NCBI RefSeq assembly: GCF_041248615.1
Contig: NZ_CP158426.1
Reading direction: 5' to 3' (one strand)
Length of the DNA stretch: 64,000 nt
From: Escherichia coli
GTDB taxonomy: Bacteria > Pseudomonadota > Gammaproteobacteria > Enterobacterales > Enterobacteriaceae
Shown here: one piece after another, positions 19,700-31,988 of the stretch
Layout: every line of letters starts with the position of its first letter
How positions within the stretch are numbered: the first letter of the stretch is position 1
Program-made: the position numbers and the translations under genes
Notes under the pieces: generated by a model
Database searches by the model: none
Seen by the model: only the letters and a program-made list of their open reading frames with translations
Told to the model about the DNA's origin: nothing

Positions 19700-19945
19700 A
19701 AATGCCACCCGAGTATCCATTCAAAAAAAATACGTTATATCGCCGTATGATAAGTTCGGTGATTAATAACGCACACACAAACTTAAAGAAACCGTAAGTT
19801 GGTAAAGTTTTTAAAGTTTATGCAATATCCTGCCGCTTCGCTGCTTCTGGTGTCATTTTTTTGCCAGCTGTTGCTTAAAAGTTAACTTTACTTCACCATC
19901 GGAGTCCTGTTCAGCCTGTGGCTGCCTGTCGGAAAAGGGGTGAGT

Positions 19946-20572
19946 ATGATTACGCTGTGGGGTCGGAATAATTCAACCAACGTAAAAAAAGTATTGCTGA
20001 CGCTCGAAGAACTGGAACTACCTTATGAGCAAATTCTCGCGGGCCGTGAGTTTGGGATAAATCACGATGCTGATTTTCTGGCGATGAACCCTAACGGGCT
20101 GGTGCCGTTGTTGCGTGACGACGAAAGTGATCTCATTCTTTGGGAATCAAACGCCATTGTCCGCTATCTGGCGGCACAGTACGGGCAAAAACGCCTGTGG
20201 ATCGACTCACCGGCACGTCGTGCGGAAGCAGAAAAATGGATGGACTGGGCAAACCAGACGCTCAGTAATGCTCATTGCGGGATCCTGATGGGATTAGTCA
20301 GAACACCACCGGAAGAGCGCGATCAGGCCGCCATTGATGCCAGTTGTAAAGAGTGCGACGCCCTGTTTGCCCTGCTCGATGCGGAACTGGCAAAAGTAAA
20401 ATGGTTCTCTGGCGACGAGTTTGGTGTGGGCGATATCGCTATCGCTCCGTTCATCTACAATTTGTTTAACGTTGGCCTGACCTGGACACCGCGTCCAAAT
20501 CTGCAACGCTGGTATCAGCAACTCACTGAACGCCCCGCAGTGCGCAAAGTGGTGATGATTCCCGTTAGCTAA
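19946..20572 (+). CDS. gstB: Glutathione S-transferase GstB (YliJ)
   Basis: 208 aa; GST fold; synteny. Confidence 0.85.
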   Translation: MITLWGRNNSTNVKKVLLTLEELELPYEQILAGREFGINHDADFLAMNPNGLVPLLRDDESDLILWESNAIVRYLAAQYGQKRLWIDSPARRAEAEKWMDWANQTLSNAHCGILMGLVRTPPEERDQAAIDASCKECDALFALLDAELAKVKWFSGDEFGVGDIAIAPFIYNLFNVGLTWTPRPNLQRWYQQLTERPAVRKVVMIPVS

Positions 20573-21684
20573 TTGCGTGGGCTAACTTTAAGTAATTCCC
20601 CACTGGACTCGTCGGTGAGAACGTATAAATAACCGTCGGGTCCAGTGCGAACATCACGAATTCGCTGCCCTCTGTCCGTTAAAATACGGCCATCTTCTGT
20701 CACTTTGTCGCCGTTGACGCTCATCACAATGACATCTTTATCTTTCAGCGCGCCAATAAATAATTTTTGCTGCCACTGGGGGAATTTATCGCTGTTATAG
20801 AAGGCCATGCCGCTCACGGCGGGCGAATCTTTCCAGTAAAAAACAGGTTGCTCGGTCCCGGCGACGATCTCCCCTTTCGCTTCCGGTATCTTAAAGCCTG
20901 AATAGTTGATTCCCCAGGTTGCCAGCGGCCAGCCGTAGTTTTTGCCTTTTTGCGGGATATTAATTTCATCGCCACCGCGCGGGCCATGTTCATTCAGCCA
21001 TAGTGCATTACTCCACGGATTCATCGCCATTCCTTGCGGATTACGAATGCCATAAGACCAGATCTCGGCGCGCGCACCGGATTCCTTTATAAAAGGATTA
21101 TCATCCGGGATTTCGCCCTGGTCGGTCAGACGCACCAGTTTGCCCTGTAATTTATTCAGATCCTGCGCCGTCGAGCGCTGATTGTTTTCGCCCAGAGCAA
21201 TAAAAAGATAACCTTTACCGTCGAATACCAGCCGCCCGCCAAAATGGTTGCCGGTAGACAGTTTTGGCATCTGGCGAAAGACGGTGCGGAAGTCGGTCAC
21301 CTTTGAGAGATCATCACTTATGCGGCCATAACCCACAGCAGTTCCGGCTTTGCCATCATCGCCAACTTCGGAATAACTTAACCAGATGCGGCGAGACTGA
21401 GCAAAATCAGGCGCTAAAACCACATCCAGCAGGCCACCCTGCCCGTGCGCCCAAACTTCCGGCACTCCGGAAAGCGGCGCAGATAATCCTTTTCCTGCTT
21501 GCCAGTGACGCAACTCGCCGCCGCGCAGAGTGATTAACATACCGTGATTGTCGGGTAAAAAGGCCAGCGCCCAGGGATGGTCGAGTTTGTCCTGCAGTAC
21601 TTCGACATTTACCGTTGCAGGAGCCGCCCAGAGAGCGGAAGAAAGACAAATAAGGGGCACAAGGAAAAAGGATTGTCGATGCAT
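20569..21684 (-). CDS. yliI: Soluble aldose sugar dehydrogenase YliI (PQQ-dependent)
   Basis: 371 aa with signal peptide; synteny. Confidence 0.85.
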   Translation of the reverse strand: MHRQSFFLVPLICLSSALWAAPATVNVEVLQDKLDHPWALAFLPDNHGMLITLRGGELRHWQAGKGLSAPLSGVPEVWAHGQGGLLDVVLAPDFAQSRRIWLSYSEVGDDGKAGTAVGYGRISDDLSKVTDFRTVFRQMPKLSTGNHFGGRLVFDGKGYLFIALGENNQRSTAQDLNKLQGKLVRLTDQGEIPDDNPFIKESGARAEIWSYGIRNPQGMAMNPWSNALWLNEHGPRGGDEINIPQKGKNYGWPLATWGINYSGFKIPEAKGEIVAGTEQPVFYWKDSPAVSGMAFYNSDKFPQWQQKLFIGALKDKDVIVMSVNGDKVTEDGRILTDRGQRIRDVRTGPDGYLYVLTDESSGELLKVSPRN

Positions 21685-21794
21685 AACGCCTCCGGATTGA
21701 CTCTGGCTTAAAGCGTAGTCAGTGGAGGAGATAACAAATTCATTTTTACAAAAACTTAAACATGAAGGGGGAGACGCTTTCTCCCCCTTAGTTT

Positions 21795-22178
21795 TCAGGC
21801 CTTCTCAAGCATGGCGTGCTTCTGCAGGCTCTGGATACTCAGCGTTAAGCTCATCAGACAATTTTCAAGCTTATCGGCGTTGACGGTAATAACAGTCGGG
21901 CAATCATGGTGCCCACTCATCAAACATACTGCGGCTGTCGCTAATGCTTCTTCAGCATGATGAAGAGCACTCCACTCTTCCTGATCCAGATGAAGATTCA
22001 ACCGCAGCGATTTATCGTGCAGTTCGCGATTCAGTTTAAAAAAGTTATCTCGTAGATGATTGCTTTCGCTGACGGACATGTATCCTTTTGCCTTCCTCAG
22101 TTGCACGTATGCGGCGAGGTCAACGCGTGCGTCGATCAACCGGTTCAGCAGGTCGATTCGCTGTCTGTCAACGAACAT
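21795..22178 (-). CDS. bssR: Biofilm regulator BssR (YliH)
   Basis: 127 aa after trimming to MFVDRQ; synteny. Confidence 0.85.
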   Translation of the reverse strand: MFVDRQRIDLLNRLIDARVDLAAYVQLRKAKGYMSVSESNHLRDNFFKLNRELHDKSLRLNLHLDQEEWSALHHAEEALATAAVCLMSGHHDCPTVITVNADKLENCLMSLTLSIQSLQKHAMLEKA

Positions 22179-22390
22179 ACTTCGATCCTCCTCTTTCCAG
22201 CCTTGTTGCAATTAAATAGTATGGCTATTTTTTGAGCAAAATGCTGTCCAGGATCAATTCTTCACGCCGAATTAACAAAATTTACATTTCCTTCGCCTCC
22301 GCCAGCGAATGAGATTGCGATACAAATTTTATCCAGAACTCTGTAGAATCCCTGCCCTGACCTTTCCTGTAACTGAATATTTTTTAAGCT

Positions 22391-23716
22391 ATGAGCAAAG
22401 TAACTCCCCAGCCGAAAATCGGCTTTGTTTCCCTTGGCTGCCCGAAAAACCTTGTCGATTCAGAGCGTATTCTCACCGAACTACGCACTGAAGGTTATGA
22501 CGTGGTACCGAGCTATGACGATGCGGACATGGTGATCGTCAACACCTGCGGCTTTATTGACAGCGCGGTACAAGAATCACTGGAAGCCATTGGTGAAGCG
22601 TTGAATGAAAACGGCAAGGTAATTGTGACCGGTTGTCTGGGGGCAAAAGAAGATCAGATCCGCGAAGTCCACCCGAAAGTGCTGGAAATCACCGGGCCTC
22701 ATAGCTATGAGCAGGTTCTGGAGCATGTTCATCACTACGTGCCAAAACCGAAACACAACCCATTCCTGAGCCTGGTGCCAGAACAAGGTGTGAAACTGAC
22801 GCCGCGTCATTATGCCTATCTGAAAATTTCTGAAGGCTGTAATCACCGCTGCACCTTCTGCATTATTCCGTCTATGCGCGGCGACCTGGTGAGCCGTCCG
22901 ATTGGCGAAGTGTTAAGTGAAGCGAAACGTCTGGTAGATGCTGGCGTTAAAGAGATTCTGGTGATCTCGCAGGATACTTCCGCCTATGGCGTTGATGTTA
23001 AACATCGTACTGGCTTCCACAACGGCGAGCCGGTAAAAACCAGCATGGTCAGCCTGTGCGAACAGTTATCGAAACTGGGGATCTGGACACGTCTGCACTA
23101 CGTTTACCCTTATCCGCATGTGGACGACGTCATCCCACTGATGGCAGAAGGCAAAATCCTGCCGTATCTGGACATTCCGTTGCAGCACGCCAGCCCGCGC
23201 ATTCTCAAACTGATGAAGCGTCCGGGTTCTGTAGATCGCCAACTGGCGCGCATCAAACAGTGGCGCGAAATCTGCCCGGAACTGACCCTACGCTCAACCT
23301 TTATTGTCGGCTTCCCTGGCGAGACGGAAGAAGATTTCCAGATGCTACTCGACTTCCTGAAAGAAGCGCGTCTGGATCGCGTTGGCTGCTTTAAATACAG
23401 CCCGGTTGAAGGTGCAGACGCCAATGCCCTGCCTGACCAGGTTCCGGAAGAAGTGAAAGAAGAACGCTGGAACCGTTTCATGCAGCTGCAGCAGCAGATT
23501 TCCGCCGAGCGCCTGCAAGAGAAAGTGGGCCGTGAAATTCTGGTGATTATCGACGAAGTGGACGAAGAAGGCGCGATTGGTCGCAGCATGGCAGATGCAC
23601 CGGAAATCGACGGCGCGGTTTATCTCAATGGTGAAACCAACGTTAAGCCGGGTGATATCCTGCGTGTGAAAGTCGAGCACGCCGATGAGTACGATTTGTG
23701 GGGTAGCCGGGTTTAA
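22391..23716 (+). CDS. rimO: Ribosomal protein S12 methylthiotransferase RimO
   Basis: 441 aa, radical-SAM CxxxCxxC (CNHRCTFC) plus MTTase N-terminal and TRAM domains; synteny. Confidence 0.9.
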
Positions 23717-23889
23717 TTAATCTTAAGGCAGATCTAACAAGGATATTGTTCTTCGATCTGCCTCTGCTACCCTTCCCGATGTCCTACCCTTACGCACAAA
23801 ATCCCCTGACGCATAAATCGAGAAAAATGAATCGTACTCGAGGCAACTCTCACTTTTTCACACCAAATTAAAGTTTTGATCGCAATTAC

Positions 23890-23926
23890 TTGAAATAAGC
23901 GTAATGGTTACTATAGTAAACATTAC
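23890..23926 (+). promoter_or_regulatory. Sigma70-like promoter (TTGAAA-16-TATAGT) overlapped by a 26-bp near-perfect palindrome: likely autoregulatory operator of the toxin-antitoxin operon
   Basis: Palindrome GTAATGGTTACTA/TAGTAAACATTAC at 23901-23926 (one mismatch) spans the -10 element; RBS AAGGA and ATG follow at 23942. Confidence 0.5.
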
Positions 23927-23941
23927 CACAAGGATGGATGT

Positions 23942-24328
23942 ATGGGTGTGTATAAGGCAAGACGATTCAGCCAAAGCACGAAAAAACTTGGTATTCACGA
24001 TAAAGTTCTCATGGCTGCCGCTGAAGAAGTGATGCAGGGCATATGGGAGGCTGATTTAGGTAGCGGTGTCATCAAAAAACGTTTACCCCTCCAACAAGGA
24101 AAGAGTGGTGGAGCCAGAACAATTATCTTTTTTAAATCAGCAAATCATGTGTTTTTTTATGATGGTTGGTCCAAGAGTGGTCTAAGCAGTAAAGGAACCA
24201 AAGAAATCGAAGATGATGAACTGGCGGCCTACAAAAAAATGGCAAATGCATTTCTGGCCTTTAGCAATAAGCAAATAGAGGATTTGATCGAAACTGGCTT
24301 TTTGATTGAGGTGAAAAATGAGCGATAA
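23942..24328 (+). CDS. HigB2-like (Gp49/RelE-superfamily) toxin of a type II toxin-antitoxin pair
   Basis: GSGVIKKRLPLQQGKSGGARTIIFF resembles the recalled HigB-2 core (GTGGLRKIR...GKRGGSRIIYYF); toxin-first order with an 11-nt overlap into an HTH gene; absent from this position in K-12 as recalled. Confidence 0.55.
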   Translation: MGVYKARRFSQSTKKLGIHDKVLMAAAEEVMQGIWEADLGSGVIKKRLPLQQGKSGGARTIIFFKSANHVFFYDGWSKSGLSSKGTKEIEDDELAAYKKMANAFLAFSNKQIEDLIETGFLIEVKNER

Positions 24329-24647
24329 ATTACAAATGATGCTGGAAGATGCAAAGGAACTGAATGCACTGGGCCTGATGTCTGATAGTGAAGTTGATGC
24401 CATTGCCGTCATGGTCAAAGCTCGTGAAGTCAGCGCCCGTATAGCCAAAGTCAAATCAATGACGGGTGAAGAGATCAAAGCCATCCGCACCCGATACGGC
24501 ATGTCACAATCCGTGCTGGCACATACAATGGGAATGTCAAAAGAAAGTGTCTCGAAATGGGAACGTAATGAAATAAAACCGAGCGGCCCGGCATTACGTA
24601 TTTTGAATACATTGGCAATAAAAGGGCCGGAAGTTTTTGCAAAGTAA
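24318..24647 (+). CDS. HigA-like XRE-family HTH antitoxin
   Basis: C-terminal helix-turn-helix (GMSQSVLAHTMGMSKESVSKWE); overlaps the toxin gene. Confidence 0.6.
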   Translation: MSDKLQMMLEDAKELNALGLMSDSEVDAIAVMVKAREVSARIAKVKSMTGEEIKAIRTRYGMSQSVLAHTMGMSKESVSKWERNEIKPSGPALRILNTLAIKGPEVFAK

Positions 24648-24677
24648 AATGTTTGCAAATGATTTACCACATTCATT

Positions 24678-24701
24678 AGTACCCCTTGATTAAGGGGTAC
24701 T
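24678..24701. terminator. Bidirectional hairpin between the antitoxin gene and dgcI (AGTACCCCTT-GATT-AAGGGGTACT)
   Basis: Perfect 10-bp stem read directly between two convergent genes. Confidence 0.5.
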
Positions 24702-24716
24702 AACACTATTCTAATT

Positions 24717-26045
24717 CTACTGCCAGCTAATCTGCGCCCTGCCGTTTTTCTTACTCTTATACAGCCGCTCATCCGCCAGCATTTTCAAGCGTTCGACGGT
24801 AGTACATTCATTTGAATGCGCTACACCGATACTGGTGCTTAAATTAATGCTTCCCACCTGGAAATGAACGATTTCTTTTAGAATCGATAGCAACTCTTCC
24901 AGCGTTCCACCCGTATAAATCACCGCAAATTCGTCACCGCCGAAGCGGTAGACTTTACCTTTATCTACCGGGATCTGTGATTTAAGGATTTTCACCACTT
25001 TCATCAACACTTCATCGCCCAGCAAATGACCGAAGGTGTCGTTGATGTTTTTGAATTTATCGACGTCAAACAGGCACAAATAACCGCCTTTTTCCGGTAG
25101 CGCTTTTAAATCTTCGTCAAAGGATTTTCTGCCCATCGCTTTGGTCAGGTCGTCCAGGAACGCCGAGTTATACAGACTGTAGAGTTTTTTGACATCGGCA
25201 GCCGAAAAGAAAAGCCCGCCATCCAGTACGCGTTCAAAATGGTTATTAATAATGGCTTCTTTCTCCACAATACCACGATTAATCACTCTGCGTACCAGAT
25301 AGAGGCAACTGACACCCGATATCACTGCCACCAATGCGGCAAAGAAAATAATCAATGTACAGACCCGCAAATAAACATCTTTTTTATACGCAAATACGTA
25401 CAATCCGGTCGGCAAATAGGCGAAGTGCTCCATCGCTTCCGAAACGGTGAAGATGGCGTTTTTAGCATTATATTCATCACCGGTCACCGGTTTACCGTTC
25501 TTAAACAGAGAGAACATCAGGTTCTCGCTATCCATCGCCAGCGATTTTGACAGTAAAGAAAAACGCTCCAGACCAAGCAAAAATATCAGACTACGATTAT
25601 GAGTTACCGGATAGAGGTAATAGACGAAGGTTTTACCGTCAAAAGAGATAAACCCTGTATTTTTGACATGTCGATACTTCACAATCTGCATAATATCTGC
25701 ACAATAATTTTTCTCGAACTCCTTTACCTGAATACATTCGTCACTGGAAATCAGATAAGGACCGACATCGTACAAATAAGAGGGTGAAAGCGAGTCGGCG
25801 TAAGCTGTGCGTAAGCCAACCAACAGCTGTTCCTCCGTGGGGTTTAGCGTGTTGATAAGATCAATTGCCACGCTACGCCGATATTCAGCAATATTTGCCA
25901 CCGCAAAAGCAGTATCAATAACGGACTGTTTCAGGCCATACACCCGTTCCTTTACCATTTGAGTGTAGATCCCGCAGGCAACTGCTGAAATCATGATAAA
26001 AATCAGCAGACTGACTGTAAGTACGAACTTATTGATTCTGGACAT
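24717..26045 (-). CDS. dgcI: Diguanylate cyclase DgcI (YliF), GGDEF domain
   Basis: 442 aa, N-terminal membrane/periplasmic region and RFGGDEF motif; synteny. Confidence 0.9.
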   Translation of the reverse strand: MSRINKFVLTVSLLIFIMISAVACGIYTQMVKERVYGLKQSVIDTAFAVANIAEYRRSVAIDLINTLNPTEEQLLVGLRTAYADSLSPSYLYDVGPYLISSDECIQVKEFEKNYCADIMQIVKYRHVKNTGFISFDGKTFVYYLYPVTHNRSLIFLLGLERFSLLSKSLAMDSENLMFSLFKNGKPVTGDEYNAKNAIFTVSEAMEHFAYLPTGLYVFAYKKDVYLRVCTLIIFFAALVAVISGVSCLYLVRRVINRGIVEKEAIINNHFERVLDGGLFFSAADVKKLYSLYNSAFLDDLTKAMGRKSFDEDLKALPEKGGYLCLFDVDKFKNINDTFGHLLGDEVLMKVVKILKSQIPVDKGKVYRFGGDEFAVIYTGGTLEELLSILKEIVHFQVGSINLSTSIGVAHSNECTTVERLKMLADERLYKSKKNGRAQISWQ

Positions 26046-26052
26046 ACGTAAA

Positions 26053-28401
26053 CTACTCTTTTACTAATTTTCCACTTTTATCCCAGGCGGAGAACGGCAT
26101 GGGTTTCTGGTACAGATACCCCTGAGCCTGAACACATCCTAATTTGATTAATTCGCGCGCAACGTCTTCGCTCTCTACGCCTTCCGCAATCACCGGGATC
26201 CGGTTATAGCGTGCCAGATCGAAAATAATGCGCACAATTTTTCCCGCAGTACCGAAAATATCGCCGGTAAATTGTGAGTCCACCTTTATGCTATCTGGAT
26301 TAATTTCATAAAAACGTTTCAGGTTTGACAAACCGGTGCCAAAGTCATCAATCGATATCCGTACCCCTTGTTTACGCAGTTGTTCAATATTGAGATAAAA
26401 ATGTTCATTAATTCGCTCGATCACGGTTTCAGTGATCTCAACACAGAGGCTGTTCGCCTTCAGGCCATTTTCTTTCATGATGGTGGTAAAACGCTCATGA
26501 AAGTGTGGTTCGTTTAACTGCCAGGGCGAAACATTAATATGCAGTAAGAAATCATCCTTCAGCGACGCACGCTGACTAAAATGTCTGAATTCACCCATTG
26601 CCGTTTTAATAATCTGATAACCCAGCTCATTGATAAACCCGATATCTTCAGCAATGGTAATGAACTTTAGCGGTGAAATGATCCCCCGCTCCGCAGACAC
26701 CCAACGGCACAACGCCTCCGCGCCCAGAATGGCGCGGGTGTTAATATCAACGATCGGTTGATAGACGAGGAATAGTTCGCCAATTTCCATTGCATGGCGA
26801 ATATTACGCGCAATCCAGATATTCTCTTCTATTTCGTTGAGTTTCGCGTCATCACAGAAAATAAACTCGGAGAACATATGGTCACGGATACTGGAAATCG
26901 CCAGTTTCAGTTTTTCTGCGTAACTCCAGGCGTTTTCTCCCTGCAAAGGTTCACAAATGGCAGACTTATGGATGCGCAGATTGCGGTAGCCAAAGCTGCT
27001 GTCAAAATCGTTTATCATCGCTATTTTACGGGTAAATGTCTGTACATTTTCCCGGCACAGAAGTAAATAGAGATCGGCATTGAATGTCACGATATCGCAG
27101 CATTGCGCATATTTCTCGGCAATTCGCTGACACAATTTCCTGACGATTTTATTGCGTTCATCAACACCAAACACCGCTTCCACGGCTTCCAGACCACACA
27201 GTTTGATGATCCCCAAAGCCAGATACTGATTATTGTTGGACTCAATAATCGCCATATTTTTAATAAAACCGCTTTCCTGATCGTAAGAGATCAGTGAGAG
27301 CAATTTATTTGACCGTTCAATTTCGGCATCTTTCATTTCCGCGATCGAATTTTTGATGCTGATAATCTCTTTCGCATCGCCTTCGCGAATTTTCAGAGCC
27401 TCGATCTGATCCGTTGAGTCGGGCAAAAACGCCAGCGTATTAACCAGCTCGGTCATTTCAGAAAATTGCCGACGGAACACACGAGTGGTCATTAAATAAA
27501 CCACCAGCAATACGATAATAATGAAAGCAAACGGCAGATAAAAAAGTTTATCTGATGCGTTCAATAAATTACCGCCAGGATAATAAAAATAGATTTCGAA
27601 TAATGCGTTGTTTGGCACCGCTGATGTTTTTTCGATATATTCAGTATCGACAGAATCAATAATATTATAATTACCTTCGCTATTATAAATAATCAGTTTT
27701 TCACGCGCGAGTTGATTCTTGGCAATGATCTCATGGCCTTGTTTCAAAAATAGAACTTCATCATTAGCGCTGATTTGATCAAGATACTCGTTCAGATATC
27801 GCCAGTTTAAATCGACATGTATTTTATCCACCGCTAACAAATCGTGATCTTTGCCGTTGATGCGTAGCGTAAAAGAGATACATTTTTTACCCGGACGATC
27901 AAAGCAATTGTAGGCCGGATTCCAGCTGTTGTTAGAGTCATCTGAAGCCACCGACCATGGTCGTTTCGATGGATTAAAATCGGCAAAAATAACCCGCCCT
28001 GACTCGTCGACAAGCGGTCCATTTACTTCTTCCTGATGATAAACAACGATTTTATCATTCGCCCTCCGCGAAAAGAGATAATATTTATTATCATCAAGTA
28101 CCAGTCCCACCGAGTCTAAAAATGGCATCATTTCCATTTTAAGGATCACAGCGCGTTGAATCTCCTCTGTATTTTTTAATAAATACAGTGAGTCCTTTAA
28201 TGTCAGGGCCGAACGTTCAATATCTTTAAAGAAATAGCCAACGTTTTTCTGAATAAGTTCAAAGCGGCTATCGGCACGTTTTACCGCGCGTTCCGATACC
28301 AGTTGATAGTTAATGATGAAAAAAAGGCCAATAAATGACAGTGCTGCCAATAAAAATAAAATTATCAGCCTTATCTTTATCTTTTCGTATAAACTCAGCA
28401 T
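26053..28401 (-). CDS. pdeI: c-di-GMP phosphodiesterase PdeI (YliE), EAL domain
   Basis: 782 aa after trimming; EAL-domain motifs; synteny. Confidence 0.85.
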   Translation of the reverse strand: MLSLYEKIKIRLIILFLLAALSFIGLFFIINYQLVSERAVKRADSRFELIQKNVGYFFKDIERSALTLKDSLYLLKNTEEIQRAVILKMEMMPFLDSVGLVLDDNKYYLFSRRANDKIVVYHQEEVNGPLVDESGRVIFADFNPSKRPWSVASDDSNNSWNPAYNCFDRPGKKCISFTLRINGKDHDLLAVDKIHVDLNWRYLNEYLDQISANDEVLFLKQGHEIIAKNQLAREKLIIYNSEGNYNIIDSVDTEYIEKTSAVPNNALFEIYFYYPGGNLLNASDKLFYLPFAFIIIVLLVVYLMTTRVFRRQFSEMTELVNTLAFLPDSTDQIEALKIREGDAKEIISIKNSIAEMKDAEIERSNKLLSLISYDQESGFIKNMAIIESNNNQYLALGIIKLCGLEAVEAVFGVDERNKIVRKLCQRIAEKYAQCCDIVTFNADLYLLLCRENVQTFTRKIAMINDFDSSFGYRNLRIHKSAICEPLQGENAWSYAEKLKLAISSIRDHMFSEFIFCDDAKLNEIEENIWIARNIRHAMEIGELFLVYQPIVDINTRAILGAEALCRWVSAERGIISPLKFITIAEDIGFINELGYQIIKTAMGEFRHFSQRASLKDDFLLHINVSPWQLNEPHFHERFTTIMKENGLKANSLCVEITETVIERINEHFYLNIEQLRKQGVRISIDDFGTGLSNLKRFYEINPDSIKVDSQFTGDIFGTAGKIVRIIFDLARYNRIPVIAEGVESEDVARELIKLGCVQAQGYLYQKPMPFSAWDKSGKLVKE

Positions 28402-28578
28402 GTTAATACATTTAACAAAATAACTGTCTGAACGCTGTGCCGCTGCAAAAACAGTCCCTTGCTGCGGCTTTTTAACCAAATTACCCGATTCTACAAAATC
28501 AGCAGAAAGTTACAACACTTGCTTAGGGCAATAATTTCCTGTGAGGTGATTACCCTTTCAAGCAATATTCAAACGTAA

Positions 28579-29490
28579 CTATCCTTTAATTTTCGGATCC
28601 AGCGCATCGCGTAAACCATCACCCAACAAATTGAACGCCAGTACAGTCAGAAAAATAGCCAGGGCCGGAAAAATAGCGACATGCGGCGCGATAACCATAT
28701 CCGCTCGTGCCTCATTGAGCATTGCTCCCCACTCTGGTGTCGGCGGCTGCGCACCGAGGCCGAGAAATGACAGGCTGGCGGCAGAGATAATCGAGGTACC
28801 GATGCGCATGGTGAAAAACACCACGATAGACGAGACGGTCCCAGGCAAGATATGACGCAATAAAATGGTCATATCGCTGGCACCAATACTGCGTGCTGAC
28901 TCAATAAAGGTTTGCTGTTTCAACACCAGCGTGTTGCCGCGCACCAGTCGGGCAAACGCGGGGATGGAAAAAATGGCGACTGCAATAATCACGTTAGCAA
29001 TGCCGCTTCCCAACACCGCAACAACAGCGATCGCCAGTAAAATACCCGGGAAGGCAAACAGCACATCGCAAATGCGCATGATCAGCCGATCCCACCAGCC
29101 TTCATAATATCCAGCCAACAAGCCCAGCAACGTCCCGATCGCCGCACCGATAAACACGGCAAACACGCCCGCCGCCAGCGAGATTTGTGCACCAACCAGG
29201 ACACGGCTGAAAATGTCACGCCCCAGTGAATCAACGCCAAACCAGTGCTGCAAAGAAGGTCCGTTATTCAGATTGTCATAATCGAAATAATTTTCGGCGT
29301 CATAGGGAGCGATCCAGCGTGCAAAAATGGCCACTACAATCAATAAAATAACGAATAATGCGGCGGTCATCGCCATATGCTGACGGCGAAATCGTCGCCA
29401 GAATTCATGCCACGGTGTACGTACCTGGTCAGGTTTGACCAGTGGCATGGCGTTTAACGCCGCCTGACGTCGCCAGTTAAATAGTCGCAT
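28579..29490 (-). CDS. gsiD: Glutathione ABC transporter permease GsiD
   Basis: 303 aa permease; synteny. Confidence 0.9.
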   Translation of the reverse strand: MRLFNWRRQAALNAMPLVKPDQVRTPWHEFWRRFRRQHMAMTAALFVILLIVVAIFARWIAPYDAENYFDYDNLNNGPSLQHWFGVDSLGRDIFSRVLVGAQISLAAGVFAVFIGAAIGTLLGLLAGYYEGWWDRLIMRICDVLFAFPGILLAIAVVAVLGSGIANVIIAVAIFSIPAFARLVRGNTLVLKQQTFIESARSIGASDMTILLRHILPGTVSSIVVFFTMRIGTSIISAASLSFLGLGAQPPTPEWGAMLNEARADMVIAPHVAIFPALAIFLTVLAFNLLGDGLRDALDPKIKG

Positions 29491-29492
29491 CC

Positions 29493-30413
29493 TTACTTGT
29501 ACCTGATAGCCGGGTTAATGGCGGCGTAAAGCACATCCACCACTAAGTTGATAAGAATAAATTCCAGCGAGAAAAGCAGAATTTCCGCCTGAATCACCGG
29601 GTAATCGCGCATTTCTACGGAGTCAACGAGTAAGCGTCCAAGTCCGGGCCAGTTGAAAACTTTCTCCACCACGATGGAACCACCGAGCAAAAAGCCAAAC
29701 TGTAAGCCCATCATGGTCACTACCGGGATCATCGCGTTGCGTAGCCCGTGTTTGAGGACAACCCAGGTTTCGCTCACCCCTTTCGCCCTCGCGGTACGCA
29801 TATAATCTTCGCTTAAAACATCGACAAACGACGCGCGGGTAAAGCGCGCCATCACGGCTGCCACTGCCGCGCCGAGCGTCAGGGAGGGTAAAATGTAGTG
29901 CTGCCAACTGTCTGCTCCCACGGTAGGCAGCCAGCCCAGTTCAACGGAGAATACCTGAATTAAAAGCATCCCCAGCGCAAATGCCGGAAACGAGATCCCC
30001 GACACCGCAATGGTCATACTCAATCGATCCGGCCAACGATTACGCCAGACGGCGGCGATAATTCCCGCCGCCATACCAAATATCACCGCCCAGACCATAC
30101 TGGTTATGGTCAGCCACAGCGTTGGCATAAAGCGGCTGGCAATCTCATCGGCAACCGGACGACGCGACACCATCGACAGGCCAAAATCCCCCTGCACAGC
30201 ATTGCTGATATAGTGCCAGAACTGGTGATACAGCGGCTGATCCAACCCCAGCTGCTGACGCACCAGTTCTATAACCTGCGCATCAGCTTCGGGCCCGGCA
30301 ATCAATCGCGCCGGATCGCCGGGCAGCATATGCACAAATAAAAACACCAGCACCGAGACGATAAACAGCGTCGGAATCAACCCCAGCAAGCGTTTGATAA
30401 CGTAATTAAGCAT
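29493..30413 (-). CDS. gsiC: Glutathione ABC transporter permease GsiC
   Basis: 306 aa permease; synteny. Confidence 0.9.
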   Translation of the reverse strand: MLNYVIKRLLGLIPTLFIVSVLVFLFVHMLPGDPARLIAGPEADAQVIELVRQQLGLDQPLYHQFWHYISNAVQGDFGLSMVSRRPVADEIASRFMPTLWLTITSMVWAVIFGMAAGIIAAVWRNRWPDRLSMTIAVSGISFPAFALGMLLIQVFSVELGWLPTVGADSWQHYILPSLTLGAAVAAVMARFTRASFVDVLSEDYMRTARAKGVSETWVVLKHGLRNAMIPVVTMMGLQFGFLLGGSIVVEKVFNWPGLGRLLVDSVEMRDYPVIQAEILLFSLEFILINLVVDVLYAAINPAIRYK

Positions 30414-30430
30414 TCCACTCCCTGCGTTGC

Positions 30431-31969
30431 TTATTGCAAATCCGCGTCTTCAAAGCTGAAGCCGGTGTCTGGCATGATCCAAAAACCGGTCAGGTTTTTA
30501 CTGTGTGCCGACACCAGTTTTTCTACCACCAGCGGGATCCACGGCGACTCTTGCCAGATGATATCCTGCGCCGCCTTATATAAACGGGTCTTTTCTGCCG
30601 GATCATTAGTTTTCAGTGCCTGAGCCAGGAAATCATCCACCTGTTTATTGCTGTAAAACGCGGTATTAAACAGCGTCGGTGGCCAGTTCTGCGAGGCAAA
30701 CAGCGGCGATAGTGCCCAGTCCGCTTCGCCGGTTGAAGCCGACCAGCCAGTGTAGAACATCCGCACGCCGCTCTCTTTTTGCCCTTTACCTTCAACTTCT
30801 GCCGCCCGCTGTCCGGCATCCATCGCAGTCACCTGGGCTTTAATCCCGACCTGCGCTAACTGCTGCTGGGTAAATTGCAGCACTTTCTGCGCGGTGCTGT
30901 GGTTATGTGACGACCACAGCGTGGTACTGAAACCGTTGGGATATCCCGCCTCTTTCAGTAATTCGCGCGCTTTCACTGGATCGTAAGGCCACGGTTTATA
31001 ACTTTGCGCGTAGGCGATACTCGGCGGTACCACACCAGTAGCTGGCGTTGCATAGCCCGCGAAGGCTACTTTCACCAGCGCCGGGCGGTTAATGGCGTAA
31101 TTCAGCGCCTCACGGACCTTCGGGTTATCGAACGGCTTTTGCGTCACGTTCATACTGATATAACGCTGCATAATTGACGGACTGGCCATCAACTCGATAT
31201 TTTTGTTTTTCTCCAGCAGTGCGGCCTGCTCGTAGGGAATGGGGAAAGCAAACTGCGCTTCACCGGTTTGCAGCATTGCCGCGCGGGTATTGTTATCCGC
31301 CACCGGACGCCAGGTTATGCTGTCCAGTTTGGGCAATCCTGGCTGCCAGTAACCCGCGAATTTTTTCACCTTCACAAAATCGGTCTGATTCCAGGTATCC
31401 AGTTCATACGGCCCGGTTCCCACCGGATGAAAACCAATCTCCTTGCCATATTTTTCCAGCGCTGCCGGCGAAATCATCGCGGTCGCCGGATGGGCAAGAA
31501 TATTAATAAACGCTGAGAACGGCTGTTTGAGGGTAATCTTTACCGTTGTTGGATCGATCGCTTCCGTTTTGGCAATATTCTTATACAGGTTGTAGCGTTT
31601 AAGATGATTCGCCGGATCGCTGGCCCGGTCCAGATTCGCTTTTACCGCCGCTGCGTTGAAGTCGGTGCCATCCTGGAATTTAATGCCTTCCCGCAATTTC
31701 ACGGTGTAAGTAAGGCCGTCATCGGAAACGGTATAACTCTCCGCCAGCACGTTTTTCAGTTTCATCTCTTTATCGAGACCGAACAGCCCCTGGTAAAACG
31801 ATTTCGCTACGGCCTGAGATAACGTGTCATTTGCGTCATACGGATCGAGCGTGGTGAAGTTCGATCCTACCGCCACCACCACATCTTTGGCAGCGAATGC
31901 ACAAGATGCCATCAACGCTGTCGCAATGCCCAGCGCCACTAACCCACTACGGTGTACAGCTCTTGCCAT
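30431..31969 (-). CDS. gsiB: Glutathione-binding periplasmic protein GsiB
   Basis: 512 aa from MARAVHRSG with signal peptide; the 601-aa track ORF is an upstream extension. Confidence 0.9.
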   Translation of the reverse strand: MARAVHRSGLVALGIATALMASCAFAAKDVVVAVGSNFTTLDPYDANDTLSQAVAKSFYQGLFGLDKEMKLKNVLAESYTVSDDGLTYTVKLREGIKFQDGTDFNAAAVKANLDRASDPANHLKRYNLYKNIAKTEAIDPTTVKITLKQPFSAFINILAHPATAMISPAALEKYGKEIGFHPVGTGPYELDTWNQTDFVKVKKFAGYWQPGLPKLDSITWRPVADNNTRAAMLQTGEAQFAFPIPYEQAALLEKNKNIELMASPSIMQRYISMNVTQKPFDNPKVREALNYAINRPALVKVAFAGYATPATGVVPPSIAYAQSYKPWPYDPVKARELLKEAGYPNGFSTTLWSSHNHSTAQKVLQFTQQQLAQVGIKAQVTAMDAGQRAAEVEGKGQKESGVRMFYTGWSASTGEADWALSPLFASQNWPPTLFNTAFYSNKQVDDFLAQALKTNDPAEKTRLYKAAQDIIWQESPWIPLVVEKLVSAHSKNLTGFWIMPDTGFSFEDADLQ

Positions 31970-31988
31970 TTTATTCTCCGCCTGAATG

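Noticed and set aside
23727-23768. Inverted repeat AGGCAGATC...GATCTGCCT downstream of rimO as a terminator
   Set aside because: The 24-nt loop and lack of a T-run make a rho-independent terminator unlikely; it may instead be a relic of the toxin-antitoxin insertion boundary, so it is not listed as a feature.
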